64,000 nucleotides of DNA from an uncultured Candidatus Saccharibacteria bacterium (GTDB taxonomy: Bacteria; Patescibacteriota; Minisyncoccia; Phycocordibacterales; JACOZG01). The notes under the pieces are model-generated. The model was not told the DNA's origin. It saw only the letters and a program-made list of their open reading frames with translations, and did no database searches. Shown here piece after piece: positions 16,781 to 25,412 of the stretch. Made by a program: the position numbers and the translations under genes. The stretch spans positions 30,644-94,643 of the forward strand of contig CAYICB010000001.1 in assembly GCA_964361825.1 (NCBI GenBank). The letters are read 5' to 3'. The stretch's first letter is position 1. Every line of letters begins with the position of its first letter.

Positions 16781-16855
16781 GCAAAAGTGGGAAATATGGC
16801 TTAAAATAAGGTTATTTTAACCGTAACTTACCTTCTGGTTTCTTGAGGAAATTTC

Positions 16856-16880
16856 AGTTATCGACAAACTGTCGATAACT
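16856..16880. repeat. Perfect inverted repeat (operator-like)
   Basis: AGTTATCGACA-AAC-TGTCGATAACT, followed by a further TGTCGAT. Confidence 0.55.
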
Positions 16881-16944
16881 TGTCGATGGTTCAAATCACA
16901 ACTCCACTTCTTGCACAAATTTTATGAAATGGCATAATCGTTCT

Positions 16945-17133
16945 ATGTCTAATTCAATAGAAAAGCCAGTCATCTTGGCTCGAAAGGAAATTGAGTCTGT
17001 TCTTCGGCGTTACCAACTCAATTGGGAGGAAGTCCTGCCCGATCAAGATAATTCGATTTGGAAAAAATTCAAACCGGAAGCTAAAAAAGTCCGTCAAGAA
17101 CTGCTCCGCAAATTTTATCCGTCGCTTCAATAA
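16945..17133 (+). CDS. Small hypothetical protein (antitoxin-like)
   Basis: MSNSIEKP... with a CATAAT -10 element 6 nt before the ATG; function is a guess. Confidence 0.5.
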   Translation: MSNSIEKPVILARKEIESVLRRYQLNWEEVLPDQDNSIWKKFKPEAKKVRQELLRKFYPSLQ

Positions 17134-17212
17134 ATGCCGCGGTGCTACCGGTAAAAATCGTAACGCCACAAAATTTTTTTCAACAATATTGGATTTGATA
17201 CTGGGTTTTACT

Positions 17213-17653
17213 TTATCTCACTTTTTCTTCCAAAAACCAGAGCGCAATAAAAACAAACAGGGAAAGCAAAGAAGTAATGAGGGCGAGAATATAGAGCTTG
17301 AAGCCACAAGCGAGGCCAATGCCAGCCGCCACCCAGAGTCCAGCCGCGGTGGTGAGACCGCTGATTTTTTTATCTTTAAAAACAATTAAACCGGCGCCGA
17401 GGAAGCCAATCCCCACCACCACTTGGCTAGCCACCCGTAGCGGGTCAAACTGGAAACCCGATAAACCAACCGACATATTAGAAACCAAGTCACTCACGGT
17501 CACAAAGAGCGCCGCCCCCAAACTTACCAAAGCATAAGTGCGGATGCCGGCTGTTTTGCCTGCCACACTTCGCTCCAAACCAAGTAAACCGCCAAAAAAA
17601 ATCGCGGCCACCAATCTAAGTACTAAGTCACTATAAAAGGCGAGCACTTCCAT
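17213..17653 (-). CDS. MgtC/SapB family membrane protein
   Basis: GLER...AGIRTY, DPLRVASQVVVGIGFLGAG, GLTTAAGLW. Confidence 0.95.
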   Translation of the reverse strand: MEVLAFYSDLVLRLVAAIFFGGLLGLERSVAGKTAGIRTYALVSLGAALFVTVSDLVSNMSVGLSGFQFDPLRVASQVVVGIGFLGAGLIVFKDKKISGLTTAAGLWVAAGIGLACGFKLYILALITSLLSLFVFIALWFLEEKVR

Positions 17654-17680
17654 CCACTTTATTATATCAAAAGAGAAAAA

Positions 17681-18142
17681 TTAAAACTCAATTTCTCCAC
17701 AAGCCACCAGATTTGCTTCCGACTCATCTCCTGTTTCTAAGGCAATCGCCATGGGCCCTTCTTCAGCTAAGGCAGTTAAACTAATTGGTAAAGTGGTAAC
17801 CGCTTGATTATTTTTCACCTCACTTAAAACATAAGCCACCTTACCAAAGAAGGCGCAAGAACCACGATAAATCGTGGCGCGGTAAACAACCATAATTGGC
17901 GTACTAGAAGCGGCGGTTAAAGTGCTTAAACTCATGGTGGCCAAAGTTTCTTCGCCTTCTGTGGCCAATAATAAGGTTCCGGTAATCCCTGAACGGCGCT
18001 CACTGTGGAGACTCACGCTCACCGCTTGAGGCGTTTCGCTCAAAACCAAGTTGGGCACCCCCGCACTACTGGGCTGGAACCACCGGAAAAGACCAAAGCC
18101 GATAATTAATAAAGAAATGATAACGATAATTGCCCCCTTCAT
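17681..18142 (-). CDS. Membrane-anchored/secreted hypothetical protein
   Basis: N-terminal TM; IYRGSC and VACGEI motifs. Confidence 0.6.
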   Translation of the reverse strand: MKGAIIVIISLLIIGFGLFRWFQPSSAGVPNLVLSETPQAVSVSLHSERRSGITGTLLLATEGEETLATMSLSTLTAASSTPIMVVYRATIYRGSCAFFGKVAYVLSEVKNNQAVTTLPISLTALAEEGPMAIALETGDESEANLVACGEIEF

Positions 18143-18148
18143 AAACTT

Positions 18149-18925
18149 TTAAAACAAACTTGATTGCGCCGGCATTTTAACTTCAGCCAGCACGGCCTCA
18201 CGATAAGTACAATAATCGCAATCCCCGCTCGCCTTCGGGCAATTGTCGTCCACTAAACATTTTTTAATTTCTGTGAGCTTGGGCTCGATCCATTTATCGT
18301 CACCAGTGTAGGGAATGAGCTTCACCTCAAACTCGAGCCGAGCATCGAAGGCCTTGGCGTCGCGCTTGCCGTTGACATACACAAAGTAGCCGGTGGAAGA
18401 AACTTTGAAACCATTTTGCCGCAAAAGCCATTGGTAAATCTCCATCTGATTCTTATAGCCCTGTTGCCACTCGGCATCTAAGTTTACCTCGCTGTCTTTG
18501 CTCGTTGCCTTATAATCCACCACATGGAGCTCACCGGCTTTATTGACCCACACATCGTCCACCGCGCCGGTGATAATAAAATTGGTTGGCGCGTGCAAAT
18601 ATTGCACACCCACAAAGTTCTCGCGCCACTTATCGAGATCGCGATGCTCATAAGGAATTGCGTCGAGGCCATAAGCTTTCATGAGAGGGTGCGGTTCTTG
18701 CTTGGCCCGATGAGTATCAAATTCTTTTTTCAACAATAAGTCCACCGCGGCGTTGAGGCTAAAAGGGAAACCGGGCGGCCGCCCAACGCCGAGCCGCCGA
18801 TCGAGATAAAAACATAGCGGGCACTCGAGAAAGAGCTCAATCTTCGACCGACTCAACTTAAACGGCTCCACACTCGCCGGATCAAAAATCCCCCTTGTCC
18901 GCTTGCCCTTATAATATTCCGACAT
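18149..18925 (-). CDS. PD-(D/E)XK nuclease (PDDEXK_1/Cas4-like, stand-alone)
   Basis: LSRSKIE....CPLCF, GAVDD, VVDYKAT, Q.EIY, C-terminal C...CDYC. Confidence 0.88.
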   Translation of the reverse strand: MSEYYKGKRTRGIFDPASVEPFKLSRSKIELFLECPLCFYLDRRLGVGRPPGFPFSLNAAVDLLLKKEFDTHRAKQEPHPLMKAYGLDAIPYEHRDLDKWRENFVGVQYLHAPTNFIITGAVDDVWVNKAGELHVVDYKATSKDSEVNLDAEWQQGYKNQMEIYQWLLRQNGFKVSSTGYFVYVNGKRDAKAFDARLEFEVKLIPYTGDDKWIEPKLTEIKKCLVDDNCPKASGDCDYCTYREAVLAEVKMPAQSSLF

Positions 18926-18986
18926 TAATCGGATTGTAGCATACCTCGATTGTGGTAAAATAAAACCAAGTTAATTTATAAAAATT

Positions 18987-19391
18987 ATGAATAAAAAAAA
19001 TGTTTTAATTGCTCTCGCTTTTTTTATCGCCGGTAGCCTTATTACGGCCGCTTGGTATAAGCAAAACCCAACAGACTACCCCAAAACCACGGCCACCCCA
19101 ACCTATTTAATTAAAAATTTAGAGTTTACCGCGGCTCCTGCCAATTCCCAAAGCGCCATGGCCCTCTCTCCCGGCTTACCAGACTTCTTGGGTAAACTTA
19201 AAGGGATCGTGGATGAGGCAGAAAAACGCGAGGGTCAAGCCAGAATTGATTTTTGTTGCGAAGCGTTTGGGGGGAAAGTGTTTACTCGTGACGGTGGCAG
19301 TGGATGCTCTTTTGACCCGGGACTTGGTGGCGGTGGTATGGATCTCTTAGATATTTGTATCAATGAAGTCCCACCAGAAGCCACGGTTTAA
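18987..19391 (+). CDS. Secreted hypothetical protein
   Basis: Signal-peptide-like N-terminus and four Cys. Confidence 0.6.
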   Translation: MNKKNVLIALAFFIAGSLITAAWYKQNPTDYPKTTATPTYLIKNLEFTAAPANSQSAMALSPGLPDFLGKLKGIVDEAEKREGQARIDFCCEAFGGKVFTRDGGSGCSFDPGLGGGGMDLLDICINEVPPEATV

Positions 19392-19480
19392 AACTCACTG
19401 GCAAAGTCGAATTCCATACCCGCATTCTAGTGTTTTTAGAGACAAAATCCAGCCGAAAAATCCCCCATGTTCTTTTCCCC

Positions 19481-20500
19481 TTATAATATTCCGACATGAG
19501 CCTGTACGTTCTCAAAATAATCTCGAAGGAACTTATGGAATCTTTCTGCTGACTCTTTCTTGGTCGGATCAGTCTTTTGAAGCATATAAAGATAAGACAC
19601 CATGATCGCTGAAACATAAATCACAAAAGGAATGTCTAATTTCCTGTCAACCTTCAGACCTGCTTCAGATTCATAACCTTCCACGAATGATTTAAACAAA
19701 CTCTTGTCTCCGGTTAAAACCCAGACATCTACTCCAATTCGATAAAGAGGTAAAAATTGGTGGCCCACACCCCACTCTTCTTTAGGTACGAAAGTGTCCA
19801 TAAGATAAAGAGTGTTACCAAAGAAACTAGCATTGTGACTATGAAAATCACCGTCCACAACAATACCCTGAGTGAGTTCTCCCAAAAACCATTCTCGATT
19901 TTTATTTCTATAATCTTCCAAAAAATCACAATACTTTCCTGATTCTTCTTCACTAATATAATCTGCAGCGGATTTGATCCAAGCACGAAGATCTCTGATT
20001 CTCGAACCAAACACTTCGTAGAAATTGAATTTCTCAGAAAGAGATTTTTGAACCTTCTTCAAGCTAGTAGCTAGTTGTTTACCAATAGTAAAACTTTCCG
20101 ACTTCTCAATTTCTCCCCGTACAATTTTCTCAAAAAGAACGTCATTTGCTTCAACCCGATTCATTACCATTACCAATTCCTCTGCTTGATCTTCCTCCAC
20201 AAAAGAGATCTCTCCTTCTTCTGTCACCTCCACGCCTCGAAGCTCTAGATAAATCGAAGGACTAAGGGTCTGGTTCCAAGTGAAATCCCGCCGGGTAAAG
20301 TCAAATCGTGCTGATGTGGTAGAAATATCACGAAAACCTTGGTTGAAAAAATCATTGTCGTTTTTATAAACTTTATAGACCAAATTTTCGAAAACAAAAA
20401 CATTGGAGATAACAGTTTCAATGTGCTTTGGTATCGTAGTCTCACCAGGAGTTTTGCCAGCCTTCACTAACTCAATCAGTGGCTTTTGGGAGTAAGTCAT
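19481..20500 (-). CDS. Aminoglycoside-phosphotransferase-like kinase
   Basis: HIETVISNVF, VYKVYK, DGDFHSHN; start corrected to ATG 20500 because the upstream part is a terminator. Confidence 0.7.
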   Translation of the reverse strand: MTYSQKPLIELVKAGKTPGETTIPKHIETVISNVFVFENLVYKVYKNDNDFFNQGFRDISTTSARFDFTRRDFTWNQTLSPSIYLELRGVEVTEEGEISFVEEDQAEELVMVMNRVEANDVLFEKIVRGEIEKSESFTIGKQLATSLKKVQKSLSEKFNFYEVFGSRIRDLRAWIKSAADYISEEESGKYCDFLEDYRNKNREWFLGELTQGIVVDGDFHSHNASFFGNTLYLMDTFVPKEEWGVGHQFLPLYRIGVDVWVLTGDKSLFKSFVEGYESEAGLKVDRKLDIPFVIYVSAIMVSYLYMLQKTDPTKKESAERFHKFLRDYFENVQAHVGIL

Positions 20501-20521
20501 AAGGAAACAATATAATAAAAG

Positions 20522-20549
20522 GGGCCTGGTAGCAATTGCCACCAGGCCC
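20522..20549 (-). terminator. Intrinsic terminator of the IMPase gene
   Basis: GGGCCTGGT...ACCAGGCCC stem with an adjacent A-run. Confidence 0.65.
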
Positions 20550-20574
20550 ACAGTAGTTCCTTTTACACAACCCG

Positions 20575-21423
20575 TCACCCAGGCAACAAAGTGCCGCGAA
20601 TGATTTCAGTGACTTGTTCCCACCCCTTCATCTCGGCGGCGCGAGTCGTCATCTCGACCAGTTGATCGTGGATCAAACCATTTGAGATAATGTGACCCTT
20701 GATCTCGCCATTTGGGCCGTACTGTAATGGTTTGCCGTAGATGTCAGTGGCTTTGCCACCAGCCTCCGTAGCCAATAACTGCATCGCGGCTGTCTCCCAA
20801 CCTTTACGGCCGGGGAAAATGATCGCATCTTGCTCACCAGAAGCAAGTAAACCACCATAGTAAGCGACAGTCAGAGGATTACCCCATGTGACACCCGCCT
20901 CCATTAACATATGGCAAACGGCATAGAGGTTAAACTCCGAACCGTGCCAAAAGAGCAAACAGGCATTGGTGCCTTTGAGTTCCGCATGAGTTGAAACCCG
21001 CACTGGCTTTCCGTTGAGGAAAGTTCCCTGACCCCGCGTCGCTGACCACATCCGACTCATAAACGGATCGTAAATGACAGCGACAAGTGGCCAATTTTCC
21101 TTGATCACAGAGATAACAAAGGTTGCGATTGGGATACCACGGCAAAACGGAATAGTTCCATCAACCGGATCGCAGAGTACCGTGTATTCCGCGTCCGCCA
21201 CATCGTAGTTACCTTCCTCACCGATCACACGGACATGCGGAAAATCACGACGAATTGAGTCAATGACAAGCTGATTGATCCTTGTGTCGCTCGCGGTTAC
21301 CGGAGTATTATCATCTTTAGATGTTCGCTCCATCCCAAGACAAAAGTTTTTCCGCATGATTTCTCCGGCCTGCGCCGCAAGAACAGCAAAATAAGTTTCA
21401 TTGGGACAATGTTCACTTTTCAA
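20575..21423 (-). CDS. Inositol monophosphatase family protein
   Basis: PVTASD, GEE, DPVDGT, WETAA, EAGG.ATD..G. Confidence 0.92.
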   Translation of the reverse strand: MKSEHCPNETYFAVLAAQAGEIMRKNFCLGMERTSKDDNTPVTASDTRINQLVIDSIRRDFPHVRVIGEEGNYDVADAEYTVLCDPVDGTIPFCRGIPIATFVISVIKENWPLVAVIYDPFMSRMWSATRGQGTFLNGKPVRVSTHAELKGTNACLLFWHGSEFNLYAVCHMLMEAGVTWGNPLTVAYYGGLLASGEQDAIIFPGRKGWETAAMQLLATEAGGKATDIYGKPLQYGPNGEIKGHIISNGLIHDQLVEMTTRAAEMKGWEQVTEIIRGTLLPG

Positions 21424-21544
21424 AGTTCACCGTTCCTTTCGTTAAGGTCGATTTTTGGTCAATCTAAAATTGCAACATTTCTGCCACTAGCATATCATTT
21501 CTGTGGCTATTTTGTCAATAGCTGATGGATGGCTCTGTTGAGGT

Positions 21545-23884
21545 TTATTTCACCTCCCCTAAGTTTTGACCTGTAGAAAGATTGGTCACCAAAGGCACGC
21601 CGATGTCGGCGGCCGTCTCCATGGTTTGCTTCACAATTTGGCCGGTTTCGGGAACTTTGGCGAGTTCCACTTCGTAAACAAGTTCATCGTGGACTTGGAG
21701 GAGGAAGTGAGCGTGGTTCTGAAGATCCGCGGCGCGGAGTTTGGTCTCAATTTTAATCATCGCGAGCTTCACGAGATCAGCCGCCGTACCTTGGAGCGGC
21801 GCATTCATGGCGGCGCGCTCGGCCCCGGCTTTAATCAGCGGCACGGGCGAATTGATGCCAGGGAAGTAACGCCGACGACCAAAAAAGGTTTCGGTGTATC
21901 CCCGCTCGCGCGCTTCGCGCTTCACTTTCTCAAAATATTCGCGGATGGAGCCAAAGGTGGTGAAATAATTTTCATAAAAAGCCGCGGCTTCAGCGCGCGT
22001 CACGCCGAGCGTCGCCTGCAAGCGCGTCACGCCCATACCGTAAATAATGCCGAAGTTAATCACCTTGGCCCGCCGCCGCATCTCTTTAGTTACCTCGCTC
22101 CCCGGCACCCCAAACACGAGTGAGGCCACGCCGGTGTGCACATCTTCACCTTTCTTAAAAATTTCTAAGAGCGCTGGGTCGCCCGAGAGCGCCGCGAGAA
22201 CCCGCATTTCAATTTGTGAATAATCGGCAGAGAGGAAGGTGTGCCCGGGCCGCGCAATAAAGCCCCGGCGCACGGCGAGCCCCAGCTCACCGGAGGCCGG
22301 AATATTTTGCATATTCGGATTCTCGGATGACATCCGGCCGGTCGCCGCGCCCGTTTGGCGCAAGTGGCTATGGAGCACATGGTTTTCGTCAGCCAATTTT
22401 GGAATGGCATCAATATAGGTGGAAAGTAATTTTTGTAATTCGCGTTGCTGGAGAATCTCGGCGATGATTGGGTGAGCCTCTTTGAGCTTCTCGAGTTCGC
22501 TCTCCCTAGTAGAACGAGCGCCGCCGGCGGTTTTTTTCAAACCCTTGGCCGAGAGTGCAAGCTTGTCGAAAATAATTTCACCGAGTTGCTTCGGTGAATT
22601 GATATTAAATTCTTGACCCGCTAATTTATAAATTTCTTTCTCAATTTGCGCGAGCTTCTGGTGATAATCTTTGGATAGACTTTTGAAATAATTAAGATCG
22701 GCCACAATCCCCCGCCCGCGCGCCGCTTCAATAATTGGAATCAGGGGCAATTCAATTTCGCGATACACTTTTTCTAAACCGCGCTTTGCCAGCTCGGTAA
22801 ATAAAAACTTTTTTGCTTCTTCCAAATTTTCTGTGCCAGCCAAACGCGTTAAATCTTCAAAGTTAGGGTCGCTATTTTCTGAATCTAAGAGCCACGCGGC
22901 GATCTTGGTTTCTTGATCGAGCGCTATTTCTGATTTTTTTTCTTGTTCCGAGCTTGTCGAAGAATCTTCAGCAAAAACTTGATCCGCTCGCGCGAGCAAA
23001 CTCTTAAAGCCGAGCTCGCTGAAAAATTCTTTCACTGCGGGTAAAGTTGAACCGTCGCGAAATCGGCAATCGTCTAAAACAAAGTCCACCGGCGCATCGC
23101 GGCGAATTGTGGCCAAGGTTTTCGAAAACTCGGCTTCTTCTTCGCCTTCTTTAAGTAGGCCAATAATGCGCGGCGATATTTTTAACTTTTTAAATTCTCC
23201 CTCATCTTTTTTCAAAGCGCGATACATCTTCTCGAGTGTACCGAAGTGACCGATCAAAGTTCCGGCCGTTTTCTCGCCAATCCCTTTGATGCCAATAATA
23301 TTATCGCTCGGATCACCACGCAAACCTTTGTAATCCGGCAAACTCTCGGGAGAGAAACTAAATCTATTTTTTACCGCAGCCTCGTCGTACAAAATAGTAT
23401 CGTTAATACCCTTTTTTAAAGTGTAAACCTTCACCCGTTTGCCAGCCACCAGTTGCAAAGTATCCATATCGCCGGAGGCAATTACCACTTCCAAACTTTT
23501 TTCTCCCTTCGTTTTCTCCACAATAGTGCCGAGCAAATCATCCGCTTCGAAGCCCGGCGCTTCGAAAATGGGGATATTGAAGGCGGTAAATAAATCGCGC
23601 GACCGAATAATTTGCTTCACCAAAGACTCATCAGTTTTTGGCCTTCCGGCTTTATAATCATCATAAATCGCTTTACGGAAAGTGGGCTCGGGCAAATCGT
23701 AACAAGCGGCAATAAAATCTGGCTTAAGTTCCTTAATAATCCGCATCAGCATTGTCGCCAGACCATAAATCCCGCCGGTTGGTTCACCAGCTTTCGAGGT
23801 AAAATCCGGCATCGCGTGATAAGCGCGATGCAAGATCGCGTGGACATCAAGTAAAATTAATTTCTCGGTGGTCGCCTTCGCCAT
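21545..23884 (-). CDS. polA: DNA polymerase I (5'-3' exonuclease + polymerase; proofreading domain reduced)
   Basis: EADD, GDPSDNI, TGRMSS..PN.QNIP, DYSQIE.R, AK.INFGIIYG, QVHDELV. Confidence 0.97.
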   Translation of the reverse strand: MAKATTEKLILLDVHAILHRAYHAMPDFTSKAGEPTGGIYGLATMLMRIIKELKPDFIAACYDLPEPTFRKAIYDDYKAGRPKTDESLVKQIIRSRDLFTAFNIPIFEAPGFEADDLLGTIVEKTKGEKSLEVVIASGDMDTLQLVAGKRVKVYTLKKGINDTILYDEAAVKNRFSFSPESLPDYKGLRGDPSDNIIGIKGIGEKTAGTLIGHFGTLEKMYRALKKDEGEFKKLKISPRIIGLLKEGEEEAEFSKTLATIRRDAPVDFVLDDCRFRDGSTLPAVKEFFSELGFKSLLARADQVFAEDSSTSSEQEKKSEIALDQETKIAAWLLDSENSDPNFEDLTRLAGTENLEEAKKFLFTELAKRGLEKVYREIELPLIPIIEAARGRGIVADLNYFKSLSKDYHQKLAQIEKEIYKLAGQEFNINSPKQLGEIIFDKLALSAKGLKKTAGGARSTRESELEKLKEAHPIIAEILQQRELQKLLSTYIDAIPKLADENHVLHSHLRQTGAATGRMSSENPNMQNIPASGELGLAVRRGFIARPGHTFLSADYSQIEMRVLAALSGDPALLEIFKKGEDVHTGVASLVFGVPGSEVTKEMRRRAKVINFGIIYGMGVTRLQATLGVTRAEAAAFYENYFTTFGSIREYFEKVKREARERGYTETFFGRRRYFPGINSPVPLIKAGAERAAMNAPLQGTAADLVKLAMIKIETKLRAADLQNHAHFLLQVHDELVYEVELAKVPETGQIVKQTMETAADIGVPLVTNLSTGQNLGEVK

Positions 23885-24284
23885 GATTAAAATAAATTTT
23901 TTCTGCGTGAGTAAATAATTCCGGAAACTTATCCGCCCATTCGACCAAAATCAGATTTTCCGGTTCGCTACTGATCTCTTGCCAGCCCAAATGTAATAAT
24001 TCTTCTGGTTTATCTAAGCGATAGCAATCGATGTGAATGAGATTCTGCCACTTCTGTCCCTTCAACTTATAAATTTTCTCCAGCACAAAAGTTGGGCTGG
24101 TAATATTTTCCTTCACCCCAAGCGCTTCCGCCACCGCCTGCGTAAAGGTCGTCTTCCCCGCACCTAAATTGCCAATTAAGGCCACCACCGTCGCCTTGCC
24201 CGATCCGCTTCCGGCGAATTTAGGGTTAAGCCATGCCTTGGCTGCCTCTTTCGTCTCCTTTGCACTCTTCGTTACCACTTTCAC
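23847..24284 (-). CDS. tsaE: tRNA threonylcarbamoyladenosine biosynthesis ATPase TsaE
   Basis: GNLGAGKTTF, ITSPTF, HIDCYRL, VEWAD; start GTG 24284. Confidence 0.93.
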   Translation of the reverse strand: MKVVTKSAKETKEAAKAWLNPKFAGSGSGKATVVALIGNLGAGKTTFTQAVAEALGVKENITSPTFVLEKIYKLKGQKWQNLIHIDCYRLDKPEELLHLGWQEISSEPENLILVEWADKFPELFTHAEKIYFNHGEGDHREINFT

Positions 24285-24337
24285 CCTTACAAAGTAACAA
24301 AAACAGGGCTCGCCGTATAGACAGCGAGCCCTAAACA

Positions 24338-24994
24338 CTACCGTTCTCCGTAAAGCGCCTTCAAACAACTCCACGACCGCTTCACTGTCGCAGGAATTTC
24401 CACCGGAGCAATATCTCCTTTTAAGGCGTAAGTCCCCAACCGAGTGACCTCTCCAACCAAACGCCCAATCCAACGGGCCGGCTCGTTCACAAAAAGCGAA
24501 AGATCGAGTGGCTCCCAAGTGCTTCCTACCACTTCAATTTCCGGAAACTGTTGCCGAAATGTGGCGCAAACACGCCTGAGGTGCGGTGGGAACGAAACCA
24601 AAATCAAACTCTCTGGATTAATTCCTGCCTCACGTAACACTCGCACCCCAAGTTGCACATTCTCTTTGGTGTTTGACGATTGCTTTTCATGAAACAAGAC
24701 CTCACTTGGCACCCCCTCGCGACGCGCGAGATCAAAACAAAACTCTGCTTCAGTATCGAAATCAGGTTGCTCGCTCCCCAATTTCCACGGACCACCGGTG
24801 AAAATAATCCCCGGCGCTTTCTGCTCTCGCCATAATTGCGCGGCGAACCGGGCCCGGAGATCAGCATTACTACTGCTTCCAAAAACAAAAATTGCGTCGG
24901 CTGATCCGATTTCTGAAATTGGGGTCGCTTCAGTGAGAAAATTGATCAGGGTTTTGACATGCCGATCAATGATCGGAGAAATAACTTCTGCCAT
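24338..24994 (-). CDS. YdcF/ElyC (DUF218) family protein
   Basis: DAIFVFG, FTGG, TEAE, E.QSSNTKEN, H.RR; strong SD upstream. Confidence 0.85.
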   Translation of the reverse strand: MAEVISPIIDRHVKTLINFLTEATPISEIGSADAIFVFGSSSNADLRARFAAQLWREQKAPGIIFTGGPWKLGSEQPDFDTEAEFCFDLARREGVPSEVLFHEKQSSNTKENVQLGVRVLREAGINPESLILVSFPPHLRRVCATFRQQFPEIEVVGSTWEPLDLSLFVNEPARWIGRLVGEVTRLGTYALKGDIAPVEIPATVKRSWSCLKALYGER

Positions 24995-25059
24995 TGTGTT
25001 ACCTCCTCTCTGACAAATAACAATCCCACTTCCACCCTACCACTTTCCCACAGGTGGCG

Positions 25060-25107
25060 CTAGCTACTTCTCAAAATCTTTTTCTTCGACGAATAACGCT
25101 TAGGCAT
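25060..25107 (-). pseudogene. Truncated hicA toxin remnant
   Basis: MPKRYSSKKKILRSS* starts overlapping the hicB stop (ATGCCTAA) and ends inside the direct repeat. Confidence 0.5.
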
Positions 25108-25318
25108 ACACCGGAGCCAGTGTCACCACTTCAGCGCGATTCACTTCCATAATCTCTGGCGATTTTTCATCTTCAAAATAAAGCGTTATCGCCTCGTTTA
25201 AGTTAGCTAGGGCTTCTTTTTTAGACACACCAAAACTCGAAACCTCAACATTAAGACATTGAGCCACATAATGCTTACCTTCGCGCCAAACCACACTTTT
25301 TAAATTAAGCTTTTTCAC
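25100..25318 (-). CDS. HicB-like antitoxin
   Basis: VVWREGKHYVAQCLNVEVSSFG...EAL.NL.EAI.LYFE; start GTG 25318. Confidence 0.85.
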   Translation of the reverse strand: MKKLNLKSVVWREGKHYVAQCLNVEVSSFGVSKKEALANLNEAITLYFEDEKSPEIMEVNRAEVVTLAPVYA

Positions 25319-25412
25319 CCAACGACTATAACAAAAAAACATCACGACGGCCACTTTCCCACAGGTGACGCTAGCTATTTGAAAGAGTTGTGCTAGAACT
25401 AACCATAAGATC

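Larger units (their letters stand above)
25040..25377. repeat. 27-bp direct repeats (25040-25066 and 25351-25377) flanking a hicB cassette
   Basis: CCACTTTCCCACAGGTG(G/A)CGCTAGCTA, 26/27 identical. Confidence 0.85.

Noticed and set aside
18149-18925. Cas4 / CRISPR-Cas system
   Set aside because: No repeat-spacer array or other cas genes were seen in the window; this is a stand-alone PD-(D/E)XK nuclease.
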